Source: an uncultured Rhodospirillales bacterium
Lineage (GTDB): Bacteria; Pseudomonadota; Alphaproteobacteria; Rhodospirillales; JAPHRK01
DNA length: 64,000 nt
Direction of reading: 5' to 3'
NCBI GenBank assembly: GCA_965368335.1
Contig: CBDUMN010000004.1
Coordinates: forward strand, 1,166 to 65,165
The notes beneath the pieces are model-generated. The model was not told the origin of the DNA. It searched no databases and saw only the letters and a program-made list of their open reading frames with translations. Below, in pieces: positions 9,198 through 18,673 of the stretch. The translations under genes and the position numbers were made by a program. Positions within the stretch are counted from its first letter, which is position 1, and every line of letters begins with the position of its first letter.

Positions 9198-9781
9198 GCT
9201 TCAGCCTCCTCCATTTCGATCTGACCTTTCATGCGCAGCTTCATTTCCTCGTTAAAGCCAAATTTCCGCATATCTTCAATTCGTTGGGGATAAAGTACAC
9301 CGTCCAGATGGTCGCATTCATGCTGCACGACCCTTGCATGAAACCCTTTGGCCTCCCGCGCGAAGGGTTCGCCGTCGAGCCCAATCCCCGAATAGCGGAT
9401 ATGGGTATAGCGCGGCACCGCACCCATCATGCCGGGCAGCGAGAGACAGCCCTCATAGGCCTCTTCCGTCTCGTCGCTCAAAGGCTCGATCACCGGGTTA
9501 ATCAAAACGGTGAGCGGCACCTCGCCCGTCTCTTCATCCAAGCCCGCATCTTGATAGCGCTCATCGGCCATGCGAGCGGCGGGCACATGAAGAAGGACCA
9601 ACCGCTCCGACACATGAACCTGCGGCGCAGCAAGGCCGACGCCCCCGGAATCGACCAGGGTTTCCAACATATCGGCGACCAACCGGTGATACTTGGGGTC
9701 GGTCGGGTCGCTGATTTCTTCGGCCCGTTGTTTTAAGACCGGATGGCCCATACGGGCGATTTTCAGAATAGCCATCCCCAA
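9194..9781 (-). CDS. def: peptide deformylase
   Basis: The three PDF motifs are present: GVGLAAPQ, EGCLSLPG, QHECDHLDG. Its stop overlaps the COQ9 start by 4 nt (ATGA). Confidence 0.95.
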   Translation of the reverse strand: MGMAILKIARMGHPVLKQRAEEISDPTDPKYHRLVADMLETLVDSGGVGLAAPQVHVSERLVLLHVPAARMADERYQDAGLDEETGEVPLTVLINPVIEPLSDETEEAYEGCLSLPGMMGAVPRYTHIRYSGIGLDGEPFAREAKGFHARVVQHECDHLDGVLYPQRIEDMRKFGFNEEMKLRMKGQIEMEEAEA

Positions 9782-9970
9782 ATATTGAGCGCCCGCAGAC
9801 CTCCATTCAAGACTTTTACCGTCACAATCCGTTGAAAAAAGTCGGGATATCGCCGCTTTTCCGCTTCACAAGCAGTTTGCGCCGTGTTAGAAGCGCGCCT
9901 TCTGTTTTGGCAGAAAACTATTGAAATCTAACCCTCCGGCTTAGGCTGGACCGAAAGGAGTTGATGAACC

Positions 9971-10174
9971 GTGCAGGTTATCGTTCGCGAAAATAACGTC
10001 GACCAGGCGCTCAAAGCTCTCAAAAAGAAACTGCAGCGGGAAGGTGTCTTCCGTGAAATGAAGCTGCGGAAATTCTATGAGAAGCCGTCCGAGCGCAAGG
10101 CCCGCGAACAAGCCGAAGCCGTTCGCCGTCTGCGCAAGCTTGAGCGCAAGCGGATGCAGCGCGAAGGCTTCTAA
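9971..10174 (+). CDS. rpsU: 30S ribosomal protein S21
   Basis: 67 aa: (V)[30 protein letters not shown]..., the classical S21 sequence. GTG start. Confidence 0.95.
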   Translation: MQVIVRENNVDQALKALKKKLQREGVFREMKLRKFYEKPSERKAREQAEAVRRLRKLERKRMQREGF

Positions 10175-10204
10175 GCTTTCAAACCTCGGTTTGTTTTAAG
10201 ATTG

Positions 10205-10231
10205 ACGCCGTCCCCCTGGGGCGGCGTTTTT
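10205..10231 (+). terminator. rho-independent terminator of rpsU
   Basis: ACGCCG-TCCCC-CTG-GGG-CGGCGT hairpin followed by TTTTT, 30 nt after the rpsU stop. Confidence 0.8.
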
Positions 10232-10404
10232 CGTTGGGGGATGATACTCATTGCCTCCTAGAAATTCTCACTGAAACCGCAGTATAACTCCAACGCAGCC
10301 CTTTGTGCATTGGCGCGAAAAGGATGGCTTGGCCGAGGCCGAAAACACGGCCAAGCCTAAGAAAGTGTGTAAGGAAGAAAAAGAGGCTTCCCTTCCCTTC
10401 AGAT

Positions 10405-11379
10405 TTAAGAGTTTTTTGAGTGCGTTGCTGAACGGCGAACAGCTTGTGTGCCAGAACCATTGGTCATCTCTTGCGTCAAGCGTACTGCTGAGCTGTTCGC
10501 CATTTGCTGTACCGCGTGCATTTCTGGACTATTGATCACACGCTGGGCCGCACTCAGTGCTGGAATCTTAGTGAATTGGCGAAACGCACGCATTTCTGGA
10601 CTATTGACCACACACTGAACCGCGCTCATTGCTGGACTATTAGCGAATTGGCGAAACGCACGCATTTCTGGACTATCAACCACACGCTGAACCGCGCTCA
10701 TTGCTGGACTATTAGCGAATTGGCGAAACGCACGCATTTTTGGACTATCAACCACACGCTGAACCGCGCTCATTACTGAACTATTAGCGAATTGGCGAAA
10801 CGCACGCATTTCTGGACTATTGACCACACGCTGAACCGCACTCATTGCTGGACTATTGGCGAATTGGCGAAGCGCACGCATTGCCGAATTATTGGCAACT
10901 TGCTGAGTGTTTCTCCCTATTCTCGGAGATAGCTTGAGTGCTGACCCAAGTACCAATGAACTCTTATTAGGAGTATTATGAAATAGGAGGTGGAATACGC
11001 CATCGCCAAACTCCATAATATCGCCAACTGTCCAACGATTATTTTTATCCCTATACAAAGCACTTGATGATTTGACCAATGCGGCTATTGCCATATCAAG
11101 GGATATGCTAGGCCTTTCACGAACTATTCTGGCTGCGATAAGTCGGGCTCTGTCAGGTGAAAAAAGTACAAGGGCACTTGTGTTCGACTTTTGTTTTGCA
11201 TGAACACACATGCTGCTGTGATTCGGGTAGCCACATATCCTTGCAAGAAAATTTACTCTTCTACGTCCCGTAAGCTTCAATTCTGGACTGAAGAATGAAA
11301 GAGTACCGGACAGAACGAAAGCATGTTCTTTAAAACTTCCGAGCTGCTGCTTTGATATACTAATTTTGCGAGATTTCAT
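10405..11379 (-). CDS. orphan protein: unique ~165-aa N-terminal domain + ~13 tandem 12-residue repeats ((N/D)SPxMxAxxxxx)
   Basis: 324-codon ORF whose ATG is preceded by GGAG (8-nt spacer). The C-terminal half is NSPAMSAVQRVV / DSPEMRAFRQFA alternating units. No signal peptide or TM segment. I recognise no family. Confidence 0.6.
   Translation of the reverse strand: MKSRKISISKQQLGSFKEHAFVLSGTLSFFSPELKLTGRRRVNFLARICGYPNHSSMCVHAKQKSNTSALVLFSPDRARLIAARIVRERPSISLDMAIAALVKSSSALYRDKNNRWTVGDIMEFGDGVFHLLFHNTPNKSSLVLGSALKLSPRIGRNTQQVANNSAMRALRQFANSPAMSAVQRVVNSPEMRAFRQFANSSVMSAVQRVVDSPKMRAFRQFANSPAMSAVQRVVDSPEMRAFRQFANSPAMSAVQCVVNSPEMRAFRQFTKIPALSAAQRVINSPEMHAVQQMANSSAVRLTQEMTNGSGTQAVRRSATHSKNS
10501..10900. 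repeat. 72-bp tandem repeat array (about 5.5 copies; internal 36-bp half-period), in frame inside the 10405-11379 ORF
   Basis: Units at 10573, 10645, 10717 and 10789 (GAATTGGCGAAACGCACGCATTTCTGGACTAT...) differ at about 3 of 72 positions by my alignment. The flanking copies (10501-10572 and 10861 onward) are more diverged. Confidence 0.9.
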
Positions 11380-11624
11380 GAATCTTACTCCATAGGACCA
11401 AATGGTAAGCGCCGCTCTTACCTGTCCTTAGTAAGGATTCAGGATTTTTGATTTGTCGCACTCGTTTTGTAGGCCACGCGGCGGGCAATGGACGACGAGA
11501 AACGCCACTACAATCTATATATATCACCGCTTCAGCCCAATCAACTCAAAATATAGGGTTTAAAAGTTCAGTCGCGTTTCTGGCAAGCTTAACGAGCAGT
11601 CCCGCATGAAGATGAATGGCTCAA

Positions 11625-11653
11625 CAAAAAAGGCGGAGCCCTGAGGCCCCGCC
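11625..11653 (-). terminator. rho-independent terminator of pntB
   Basis: On the minus strand: GGCGGGGCC-TCAG-GGCTCCGCC (one G-U pair) followed by TTTTTT, 28 nt after the pntB stop. Confidence 0.75.
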
Positions 11654-11680
11654 TTTCTCTATCTTTCCCGGTGAAACCGT

Positions 11681-13081
11681 TTAGCCGAGGGCTTGGACGA
11701 TTTCTTCGGTCATTTTCTTGGCGTCGCCGAACAGCATCATGGTCTTGTCGCGGAAGAACAACTCGTTGTCGACCCCCGCATAACCGGACGCCATGGAGCG
11801 CTTGATGAACAAGGTCGTCCCCGCCTTCTCGACATCCAAAATCGGCATGCCATAGATGGCGCTCGACGGGTCGGTTTTGGCCGCCGGGTTGGTGACGTCG
11901 TTGGCGCCAATCACGAAGGCCACGTCGGCGGTGGCGAATTCGTGGTTGATCTCTTCCAACTCGAACACCTCGTCGTAAGGCACATTCGCCTCAGCCAGCA
12001 GCACGTTCATGTGCCCCGGCATACGGCCCGCCACCGGGTGGATGGCGTATTTGACTTCGACCCCTTCGGCCTTCAACAGATCGGCCATTTCACGCAGAGC
12101 ATGCTGCGCCTGGGCAACCGCCATGCCGTAACCCGGCACGATGATAACCTTGGAAGCATTGCTCATGATGAAGCCCGCATCGGCTGCGGAGCCCTGTTTG
12201 ACGGACCCTTGAGGCCCCGCACCACCGGCAGCAGCCGCGCCGCTGTCGGTGCCGAAGCCGCCCAACAGCACGTTGAAAATCGAACGGTTCATACCCTTAC
12301 ACATAATGTAAGAGAGAATCGCACCCGAAGAGCCGACTAGCGCCCCGGTGATGATCAGCTCCGGGTTGCCCAGCGTGAAGCCGATGCCGCAGGCCGCCCA
12401 GCCCGAGTAAGAGTTGAGCATGGAGACCACGACGGGCATGTCAGCCCCGCCAATCGGGATGATGATCAGGAAGCCGAGCACAAAAGCCAGAAGCGCCAGG
12501 ATCCAGAAGACCGTGTGCGACTCGCCCTCGGCGAAGCCCAACAGCAGCAGGAGCATGGCAAGGCCCAACACGGCGTTCAGCATATGCTGACCTTTGAACG
12601 TGATCGGCGCGCCGCTCATGATGCCCTGAAGCTTGGCGAATGCGATGATCGAGCCGGAGAAGGTAATCGCACCGATGGCGGTTCCCAGACCCATTTCGAT
12701 CAGGCTTGCAGAGCTCAGATTGCCCGCCGTGCCGATGCCGTAAGCTTCCGGCGAATAGAGCGCGGCAGCCGCAACGAAGACGGCGGCCAGACCGACCAAC
12801 GAGTGGAAGGCGGCGACCAACTGCGGCAAAGCGGTCATTTGAATTTTGCGGGCGACAACCGTACCGATGGTGCCACCGATCAGCAGACCGACGATGATCA
12901 TGCCGTAGCTGACCACACCCGGCGCAATCAGCGTCGTGACCACGGCGATGACCATACCGGCCATGCCGAAGAGGTTCCCGCGGCGCGCCGTCTCAGGGTT
13001 GCTGAGGCCGTTCAACGCCAGGATGAAACAAACCGAGGCGACCAGATAGGCGAACCCGGATAATCCAGCGAAACTTTCCAT
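11681..13081 (-). CDS. pntB: NAD(P) transhydrogenase subunit beta
   Basis: 466 aa with an N-terminal polytopic membrane domain and a C-terminal NADP(H)-binding domain III (VIIVPGYGMAVAQAQH, GRMPGHMNVLLAEA, VIGANDV). Confidence 0.95.
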   Translation of the reverse strand: MESFAGLSGFAYLVASVCFILALNGLSNPETARRGNLFGMAGMVIAVVTTLIAPGVVSYGMIIVGLLIGGTIGTVVARKIQMTALPQLVAAFHSLVGLAAVFVAAAALYSPEAYGIGTAGNLSSASLIEMGLGTAIGAITFSGSIIAFAKLQGIMSGAPITFKGQHMLNAVLGLAMLLLLLGFAEGESHTVFWILALLAFVLGFLIIIPIGGADMPVVVSMLNSYSGWAACGIGFTLGNPELIITGALVGSSGAILSYIMCKGMNRSIFNVLLGGFGTDSGAAAAGGAGPQGSVKQGSAADAGFIMSNASKVIIVPGYGMAVAQAQHALREMADLLKAEGVEVKYAIHPVAGRMPGHMNVLLAEANVPYDEVFELEEINHEFATADVAFVIGANDVTNPAAKTDPSSAIYGMPILDVEKAGTTLFIKRSMASGYAGVDNELFFRDKTMMLFGDAKKMTEEIVQALG

Positions 13082-13084
13082 GGG

Positions 13085-13528
13085 TTAGGCCTCCTGCTTC
13101 TTCGGTTCTTTTTTCTTAAACATGCCGAGCATCCTCTGAGTGACAAGGAAGCCCCCGAAGATGTTCACCGAGGCCAGCGTCACGGCGATAAAGCCCATGA
13201 TCTGGGAAAAGCCCATGCCATCGGGTCCCGCCGCCAGGATCGCCCCGACGATGATCACCGACGAAATGGCGTTGGTCACGCCCATCAGCGGAGAATGCAA
13301 CGCAGGCGTCACGCTCCAGATCACGTAGAAGCCGACGAAACAGGCCAGCACGAAGACCGTAAACAAAAACAGGAACTGATCGCCGTGACCGGCGGCGGCC
13401 GCTGCTTCGGTTGCCTCGGGCGCGACGAGCTGTGTTGCCTGATTGGCAAGATCGGCGGCATCCTTGGCGAGCTTGGCGGCGCTATTGGCCAGTTCCGAAG
13501 CGGTATCGGCAAATTTTGTCGTATCCAT
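13085..13528 (-). CDS. pntAB: NAD(P) transhydrogenase alpha subunit part 2 (membrane part)
   Basis: 147 aa with 3-4 TM helices, lying between pntAA and pntB. This is the split-alpha organisation known from Rhodospirillum-type transhydrogenases. Confidence 0.85.
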   Translation of the reverse strand: MDTTKFADTASELANSAAKLAKDAADLANQATQLVAPEATEAAAAAGHGDQFLFLFTVFVLACFVGFYVIWSVTPALHSPLMGVTNAISSVIIVGAILAAGPDGMGFSQIMGFIAVTLASVNIFGGFLVTQRMLGMFKKKEPKKQEA

Positions 13529-13540
13529 AATATCGCTCCC

Positions 13541-14674
13541 CTATCCCGTCAGTCTCGGATGCACCACCTTGCCGTCGCGGGTTACCAGCGTTCCGGTGAT
13601 GATTTCGTCTTCCCAGTCGATTTTGAGAGACTTGCTCTCGGCATCGACAAGCGGGGTGATGAAGTTCAGCAGGTTCTTGGCGAACAGCGGGCTCGCATCG
13701 GCGGCCAAACGGCTCGGCATGTTGGTATAGCCGACCAGTTTCACGCCATGCTTTTCGACCACTTTGTCGGCCTCGGAAATCGGGCAGTTGCCGCCCTGGG
13801 AAACCGCCAGATCGACAATCACCGAGCCCAAGCGCATGGTCTTGACCATGTCTTCGGTGACCAGCACCGGAGCCGGACGGCCCGGGATCAGCGCCGTGGT
13901 GATCACGATATCCTGCTTCTTGATGTGTTCGGCCACCACCTGCTTTTGCTTCTCGTAATACTCAGGCGGCATTTCCTTGGCGTATCCGCCTTCGGTCTCG
14001 GCTTCCTTCTCCATCTCTTCATCGACGGTGAGGAATTTGCCGCCCAGGCTGGCGACCTGCTCTTTGGTGGCGGGACGCACGTCGGTCGCCGTCACCACAG
14101 CGCCTAAGCGCTTGGCTGTCGCAATGGCCTGAAGACCGGCAACGCCGACGCCCATGATGAAGACCTTGGCGGGCGGAATGGTTCCGGCCGCCGTCATCAT
14201 CATCGGGAAAGCCTTACCGAACTCGGCGGCTCCATCGACCACGGCCTTGTAGCCCGCCAGGTTGGCCTGGGATGAGAGGATATCCATGCTCTGGGCACGG
14301 GTGATGCGCGGCAGAAGTTCCATAGCGAAGGAGGTAATTCCCGCCTTGGCATAGGCTTCGACGCGCTTTTCATTGGTCAACGCCGAAAGACCGCCGATCA
14401 AAATCGCGCCTTTTTTCATGCCCAGGCTGCCTTTGCTGTCCGGGTCGAGTCCATTGATGGTCAAGACCATATCGGCGTCTTTCAAAGCCGTTTTACCCGT
14501 CGCAATTTTCGCACCAGCGTCCTTGAAGTCGGCATCGGAAATAGCCGAAGCCGTGCCCGCGCCTTTTTCCACCGTCACGTCGAACCCGAGGCCGATCAGC
14601 TTCTTGATCGATTCCGGCGATGCCGCAACCCTCTGTTCGCCGCTTTGGCGTTCTTTAGGAATTGTAATTTTCAT
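13541..14674 (-). CDS. pntAA: NAD(P) transhydrogenase alpha subunit part 1 (soluble domain I)
   Basis: 377 aa alanine-dehydrogenase-like fold with Rossmann motif VFIMGVGVAGLQAIATAKRLGA. First gene of the pnt operon. Confidence 0.95.
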   Translation of the reverse strand: MKITIPKERQSGEQRVAASPESIKKLIGLGFDVTVEKGAGTASAISDADFKDAGAKIATGKTALKDADMVLTINGLDPDSKGSLGMKKGAILIGGLSALTNEKRVEAYAKAGITSFAMELLPRITRAQSMDILSSQANLAGYKAVVDGAAEFGKAFPMMMTAAGTIPPAKVFIMGVGVAGLQAIATAKRLGAVVTATDVRPATKEQVASLGGKFLTVDEEMEKEAETEGGYAKEMPPEYYEKQKQVVAEHIKKQDIVITTALIPGRPAPVLVTEDMVKTMRLGSVIVDLAVSQGGNCPISEADKVVEKHGVKLVGYTNMPSRLAADASPLFAKNLLNFITPLVDAESKSLKIDWEDEIITGTLVTRDGKVVHPRLTG

Positions 14675-14915
14675 TGTGGGTCTGCCCCCGTATTGAAGTC
14701 GGAATTGGTAATGCCAATTTCATTGCGCCCATCTAAACAATTTTGTGCAGTGCAGTAAAGCAACTTTGTCTACAAGCCGTAATATGACCTGCAAAAGCCA
14801 TCGCAAAACGCAGCACAACACTCACAAGAACCTGAAAACAAATAGTTTTCAAAATCGCCACATCATCCACGCTTGACGCTTGGACGGTGTGTTCCCCGGC
14901 CCTATACTTCGTGAC

Positions 14916-15737
14916 ATGAGAAAAAAACTCTTCCTTGCCACTTTAGCGTTTCTTTTTATTACACTCAGTGTGACAGCACCGCGCGCCGAGGACAACCGCT
15001 ATCACCTCCGATTCGAATTCATGGTCAGCGGTCTGCATGCGGGCGACTTCGTTTTGTCCTACGGATTCGCACCGGGAGAAAAGACCAACCTCTTCCAGCT
15101 TGAAACCCGCGGGCTGATCCGCTGGGTCACCAAACTAAGGGTCAAGGCCAAGGCCGAAGGAAGCATAGGCGACGACAGTAAATACAGTCCTGCTCTCTAT
15201 GAGGTGGGCTATACCAACCGACGGCGCGAACGCACGGTCACCGTCACTTTCGACGAAGTCGGAACGGGCCACCCGCTCATCCAGACCAAAGGCGAAAAAC
15301 CCGAAGACGACAAACGCCAGGCGGATAAGGTCGAGCCTCAATGGCGGGTCGGCACCATCGATCCGATCACCGCCGTCGTCGAATCCATCCGCATAACGAA
15401 AGATCATCTGGAGAACGGTGGGCCAAAGACCTTCACCCTGCCGGTCTATGACGGGCGGCGGCGATTCGATGTCGAAGGAGAAGTGGGCGAAAGGCTAACC
15501 CGCCATGTCAGGCGGGCCGATTACGACGTTTATCGCCTAATCCTCAAGCCGGTACCCCGCGCCGGGTTCAAGGACAGCCACACGGAGCTGTGGAGCAAAT
15601 TCACCTTTCACATTTATCTCTCGGCTGACGGCCAGTACATCCCCATCCAAATCGACGCGGTGGGACCCGGCCCAGTGATCAATCTCACCGAACAGTGCAA
15701 ATCGCAAGCCGATTGCCTCGCCATGCTGGAGGAATAA
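14916..15737 (+). CDS. exported hypothetical protein (DUF3108-like)
   Basis: Start trimmed to MRKKLFLATLAFLFITLSVTAPRAED (signal peptide). Beta-rich and of comparable size to what I remember of DUF3108 proteins; the family call is tentative. Confidence 0.6.
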   Translation: MRKKLFLATLAFLFITLSVTAPRAEDNRYHLRFEFMVSGLHAGDFVLSYGFAPGEKTNLFQLETRGLIRWVTKLRVKAKAEGSIGDDSKYSPALYEVGYTNRRRERTVTVTFDEVGTGHPLIQTKGEKPEDDKRQADKVEPQWRVGTIDPITAVVESIRITKDHLENGGPKTFTLPVYDGRRRFDVEGEVGERLTRHVRRADYDVYRLILKPVPRAGFKDSHTELWSKFTFHIYLSADGQYIPIQIDAVGPGPVINLTEQCKSQADCLAMLEE

Positions 15738-15742
15738 TAACC

Positions 15743-16531
15743 ATGAAATACGTAACCACCGAGCGTCAGGGGCGTATCGCCATCGTCCGCTTCGACCGGG
15801 GCGACAAGAGCAACGGCTTTTCCATCGATCTAATGGAAGAACTCACTGAAACAGCGCAGAGTTTCGAGGGCGATAGAGAAACCTCGGCCATCATTCTCAC
15901 CGGAAAATCGGACCGCTTTTCCCTTGGTATGGACTTGAAAGATGGAGGCGTTCAGCGCTCCCGCTCAGCCGGGCTAGCAGAACGGCGGCAAATATTAAAA
16001 GCCGGGCCACGGATGTGCCGGGCCTGGGAAGAATTGGAACCCATGACCCTTTGCGCCATCGAAGGCTGGTGCGTCGGCGGCGGGGTGGCGCTCGCCGTTT
16101 CCTGCGACCTGCGCATCGTCGGCCGAAGCTCGACCCTTTACGTGCCCGAAGTGGAACGCGGCTTCAACATGGGTTGGGGCGCGGTGCCGCGAATTACCAA
16201 CCTCACAGGCCCGGCGAAGGCCAAACGGATCATCGCTCTGGCCGAACAACTGAACGCCCAACGCGCCGTCGACTGGGGTTTGGCCGACGAGATCGCCGAA
16301 GATGGCAAGGTCATGGAAAAAGCCCTTGAGATAGCCAGCCATATCGCCAGCCTGCCGCCAACCGGTGTGCGGATGATCAAGAAACAAATCAACATCCATG
16401 CCAATGCTTTGAACGCCACCAGCGCAGCGCTCGACATGGAACAGTTCGCCCTCATTCAAGGCTCGGAAGACTGCGCGGAAGGTATTGCCAGTTTCATTGA
16501 GAAGCGCGAGCCGAAATATACGGGTGATTAA
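15743..16531 (+). CDS. enoyl-CoA hydratase/isomerase (crotonase) family protein
   Basis: Start trimmed to MKYVTTERQGRIAIVRF. Crotonase core with oxyanion region (AIEGWCVGGGVALAVSCDLRI). Confidence 0.85.
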   Translation: MKYVTTERQGRIAIVRFDRGDKSNGFSIDLMEELTETAQSFEGDRETSAIILTGKSDRFSLGMDLKDGGVQRSRSAGLAERRQILKAGPRMCRAWEELEPMTLCAIEGWCVGGGVALAVSCDLRIVGRSSTLYVPEVERGFNMGWGAVPRITNLTGPAKAKRIIALAEQLNAQRAVDWGLADEIAEDGKVMEKALEIASHIASLPPTGVRMIKKQINIHANALNATSAALDMEQFALIQGSEDCAEGIASFIEKREPKYTGD

Positions 16532-17778
16532 GCCTTACCTGTCTTTCGCCTCGGCAGGGCCAGGGTTCCCAGGATCGCGATGACACCGGAAACGGCGATG
16601 GCGGCGAAACTGAAATCGAAGGTTCCCATGGTGTCGGCCATCGCCCCCGCCGTTGCTGGTCCGACGGTTTGGCCGATGGCGAAGAAGAAGGTGATGGTCG
16701 AGAAGGCCGTCGCCGCCTTTTCAGGTCCCACGTAGTCGCCAACGGCAGCCGCCATGATCGACGGGATCGACCAAACGGCGATCCCATACAAGCCAATCGA
16801 CAGGTAAAGCGACGGCGTGTCGAGGTGCAGGGCCATCAAGGTATATGCGCAAGTCTGCACCGTGAAGACGGCCAATAGTCCGGCGCGACGGCCCAACTTG
16901 TCCGAAAGGGTGCCAAACAAAGGCCCCGAAGCGAGACTGAACAAACCGATCCAGGACCAGACCTGACCGGCGGCGGCCTCCGTGAAACCCCGCTCTTCAA
17001 CCATGGAGGTGACGATAAAGGTGCCGTAGGTGATGTAGGTAGCGCCAAACATCATATAGAGAAGACCGAGGTGCACGATGGCTCGCTTTGGCGACATGGC
17101 GGGATCGCTTTTATCCTTCCCGCGCGCCATGGCCTTGGCTTCCCGCGCTTCACCAAGCAAAGCGAGGTCTAGCATTTGCGGCCGATCACGGAGAAGCCCC
17201 CAGTTAATCAGGGCCACCACCGCCGAGATGCCGCCCAGCGTCGCCCAACCGGTCCGCCAGCCTTCGGGACCGATGGCTTCATTAACCGCCGGAATAAACA
17301 GACCGGAGAAAATAATCGCGAACCCACTGCCGATCACCATGAAGCCCGCTGCACGCCCGCGATAGGTCTTGGCGTACCAATGAGGCACCAGCACCATCAT
17401 CGGCACGTTAGCCGCTCCACTGCCAAATCCGGTTAGCGTATAAAACACCATAATCCAGAGATAGCCATCGCCCTGGCTGACCACGCCCATGGAGCCAGCA
17501 ACCAAAAACAACCCAAAGACAATGGTTTTACTTTCACCCAGGCGCTTGATCAGAAAAGGCGAAAGTCCAACAGCAGCGAGATAGCCGATGAAATTGGCCG
17601 TGCTGATAGCCCCCATCTGGGTATAGCTGAGGCCGAGGTCGCCGCCCATCGACGGAAGTAACATACCAAGGCCGAACCGCCCCAACCCCAGGCACGAAAA
17701 GATCGTCAGCGTTCCCGCAAAAACGACGATCCAACCGTAATGAAACGGCAATTTCCTGGCAATAAACGATGCGACCAC
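16528..17778 (-). CDS. MFS transporter
   Basis: 416 aa with about 12 TM helices. GTG start preceded by GGGGGAG. MFS loop motif GRFGLGMLLP / LSDKLGRR. Confidence 0.85.
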   Translation of the reverse strand: MVASFIARKLPFHYGWIVVFAGTLTIFSCLGLGRFGLGMLLPSMGGDLGLSYTQMGAISTANFIGYLAAVGLSPFLIKRLGESKTIVFGLFLVAGSMGVVSQGDGYLWIMVFYTLTGFGSGAANVPMMVLVPHWYAKTYRGRAAGFMVIGSGFAIIFSGLFIPAVNEAIGPEGWRTGWATLGGISAVVALINWGLLRDRPQMLDLALLGEAREAKAMARGKDKSDPAMSPKRAIVHLGLLYMMFGATYITYGTFIVTSMVEERGFTEAAAGQVWSWIGLFSLASGPLFGTLSDKLGRRAGLLAVFTVQTCAYTLMALHLDTPSLYLSIGLYGIAVWSIPSIMAAAVGDYVGPEKAATAFSTITFFFAIGQTVGPATAGAMADTMGTFDFSFAAIAVSGVIAILGTLALPRRKTGKA

Positions 17779-17946
17779 GGTCTCCCCCTCAACAGTTAGT
17801 TTCTATCGTAACTATTGGAGAGCCAAATTTCTATAGGCATGTTCCCTTAAGACCTGCGATCAATAAAACATCGACTTGACCTGAGTAATCGACGCCCTTC
17901 CCGTGCAACGGTAAAACACCGAAAACTGCAATCGAGGAACTCCCCC

Positions 17947-18552
17947 ATGAAATACCCTGCCTTTTTCGACCAAGCCCCAACCATCGCGCTGAAAGATCCG
18001 TTAAGTAATTTCCTCGGGTCATGCGAAGACGGCTTGCTGGAATACGGCTATATCGATGCGGTTAAACTGGCCGGACATTCCTGCCCCACCGTAGCCGGAG
18101 CCTATCTGATGACGGTGAAGGCGGTTAAAAGTCTTTATGGCGAAGAAACGCCAGTTCGCGGCGAGATCGCAGTCGCTTTTCCCGATGAGTTTGACGAAGG
18201 GGTGACCGGCGTCATGGCTTCGGTCGCCCAGTTGATCACCGGAGCGGCTGGCGAAGGTGGCTTCAAAGGCATCGGCCCCAACTTCACCCGCCAAAACCTC
18301 ATGCGCTTCGGCATATCGGGAAACGCCGAGATGATTTTCGAGCGCATGGATACGGGCCAAAAGATCAACGCAACCTTTAACGCTCCCATCGTGCCCATGG
18401 AGCCGGGGGTTCGGGAAAGGCTCGGCATGATCCTCCAGGGTCAGGCCAACGCCGAAGATGAACGGCTTTTCAAGGAAGGCTGGCAGGAACGGGTCCGCAA
18501 AATCTTAGTCGACCACGCCGACGACCCGGCTCTCATTGTCCTAACACCGTAA
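17947..18552 (+). CDS. hypothetical protein, possibly FmdE-like
   Basis: 201 aa soluble. LAGHSCPTVAGAY resembles the GHxCPG motif of FmdE-domain proteins. The assignment rests on motif memory only. Confidence 0.5.
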   Translation: MKYPAFFDQAPTIALKDPLSNFLGSCEDGLLEYGYIDAVKLAGHSCPTVAGAYLMTVKAVKSLYGEETPVRGEIAVAFPDEFDEGVTGVMASVAQLITGAAGEGGFKGIGPNFTRQNLMRFGISGNAEMIFERMDTGQKINATFNAPIVPMEPGVRERLGMILQGQANAEDERLFKEGWQERVRKILVDHADDPALIVLTP

Positions 18553-18593
18553 CCAACCTTAGGAACACAGGCCTAATCAAGGCAATTACAATA

Positions 18594-18616
18594 AAACCAA
18601 CCGGTTGGTTTATTTT
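18594..18616. terminator. bidirectional terminator-like palindrome between convergent genes
   Basis: AAACCAACC/GGTTGGTTT perfect palindrome flanked by A-run and T-run (ATAAAA ... ATTTTGT) in an AT-rich 121-bp gap. Confidence 0.5.
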
Positions 18617-18673
18617 GTATTATACAAATATAATCAAAATGTTATCTGGTTAAACATTTGGATAATGAGGTAA

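Noticed and set aside
10504-10779. 91-aa plus-strand ORF (HFWTIDHTLNRAHCWTISELAKRT repeats)
   Set aside because: It exists only because the tandem repeat keeps the opposite strand open. It is confined to the repeat, whereas the minus-strand ORF extends 500 bp further into unique sequence and has a Shine-Dalgarno.
10501-10900. Possible CRISPR array, given regularly spaced repeats
   Set aside because: The units are contiguous with no unique spacers. The period is 72 bp with a 36-bp sub-period, the whole array is in frame within an ORF, and no cas genes are present.
10232-11680. Mobile element or genomic island call for the AT-rich insert
   Set aside because: No integrase, transposase, inverted terminal repeats, tRNA target or flanking direct repeats could be found by eye. 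It is reported only as a compositional anomaly.
13295-14107. 270-aa plus-strand ORF
   Set aside because: It is antisense to pntAA/pntAB, which carry unmistakable transhydrogenase motifs. Arg/Gly-rich shadow frame.
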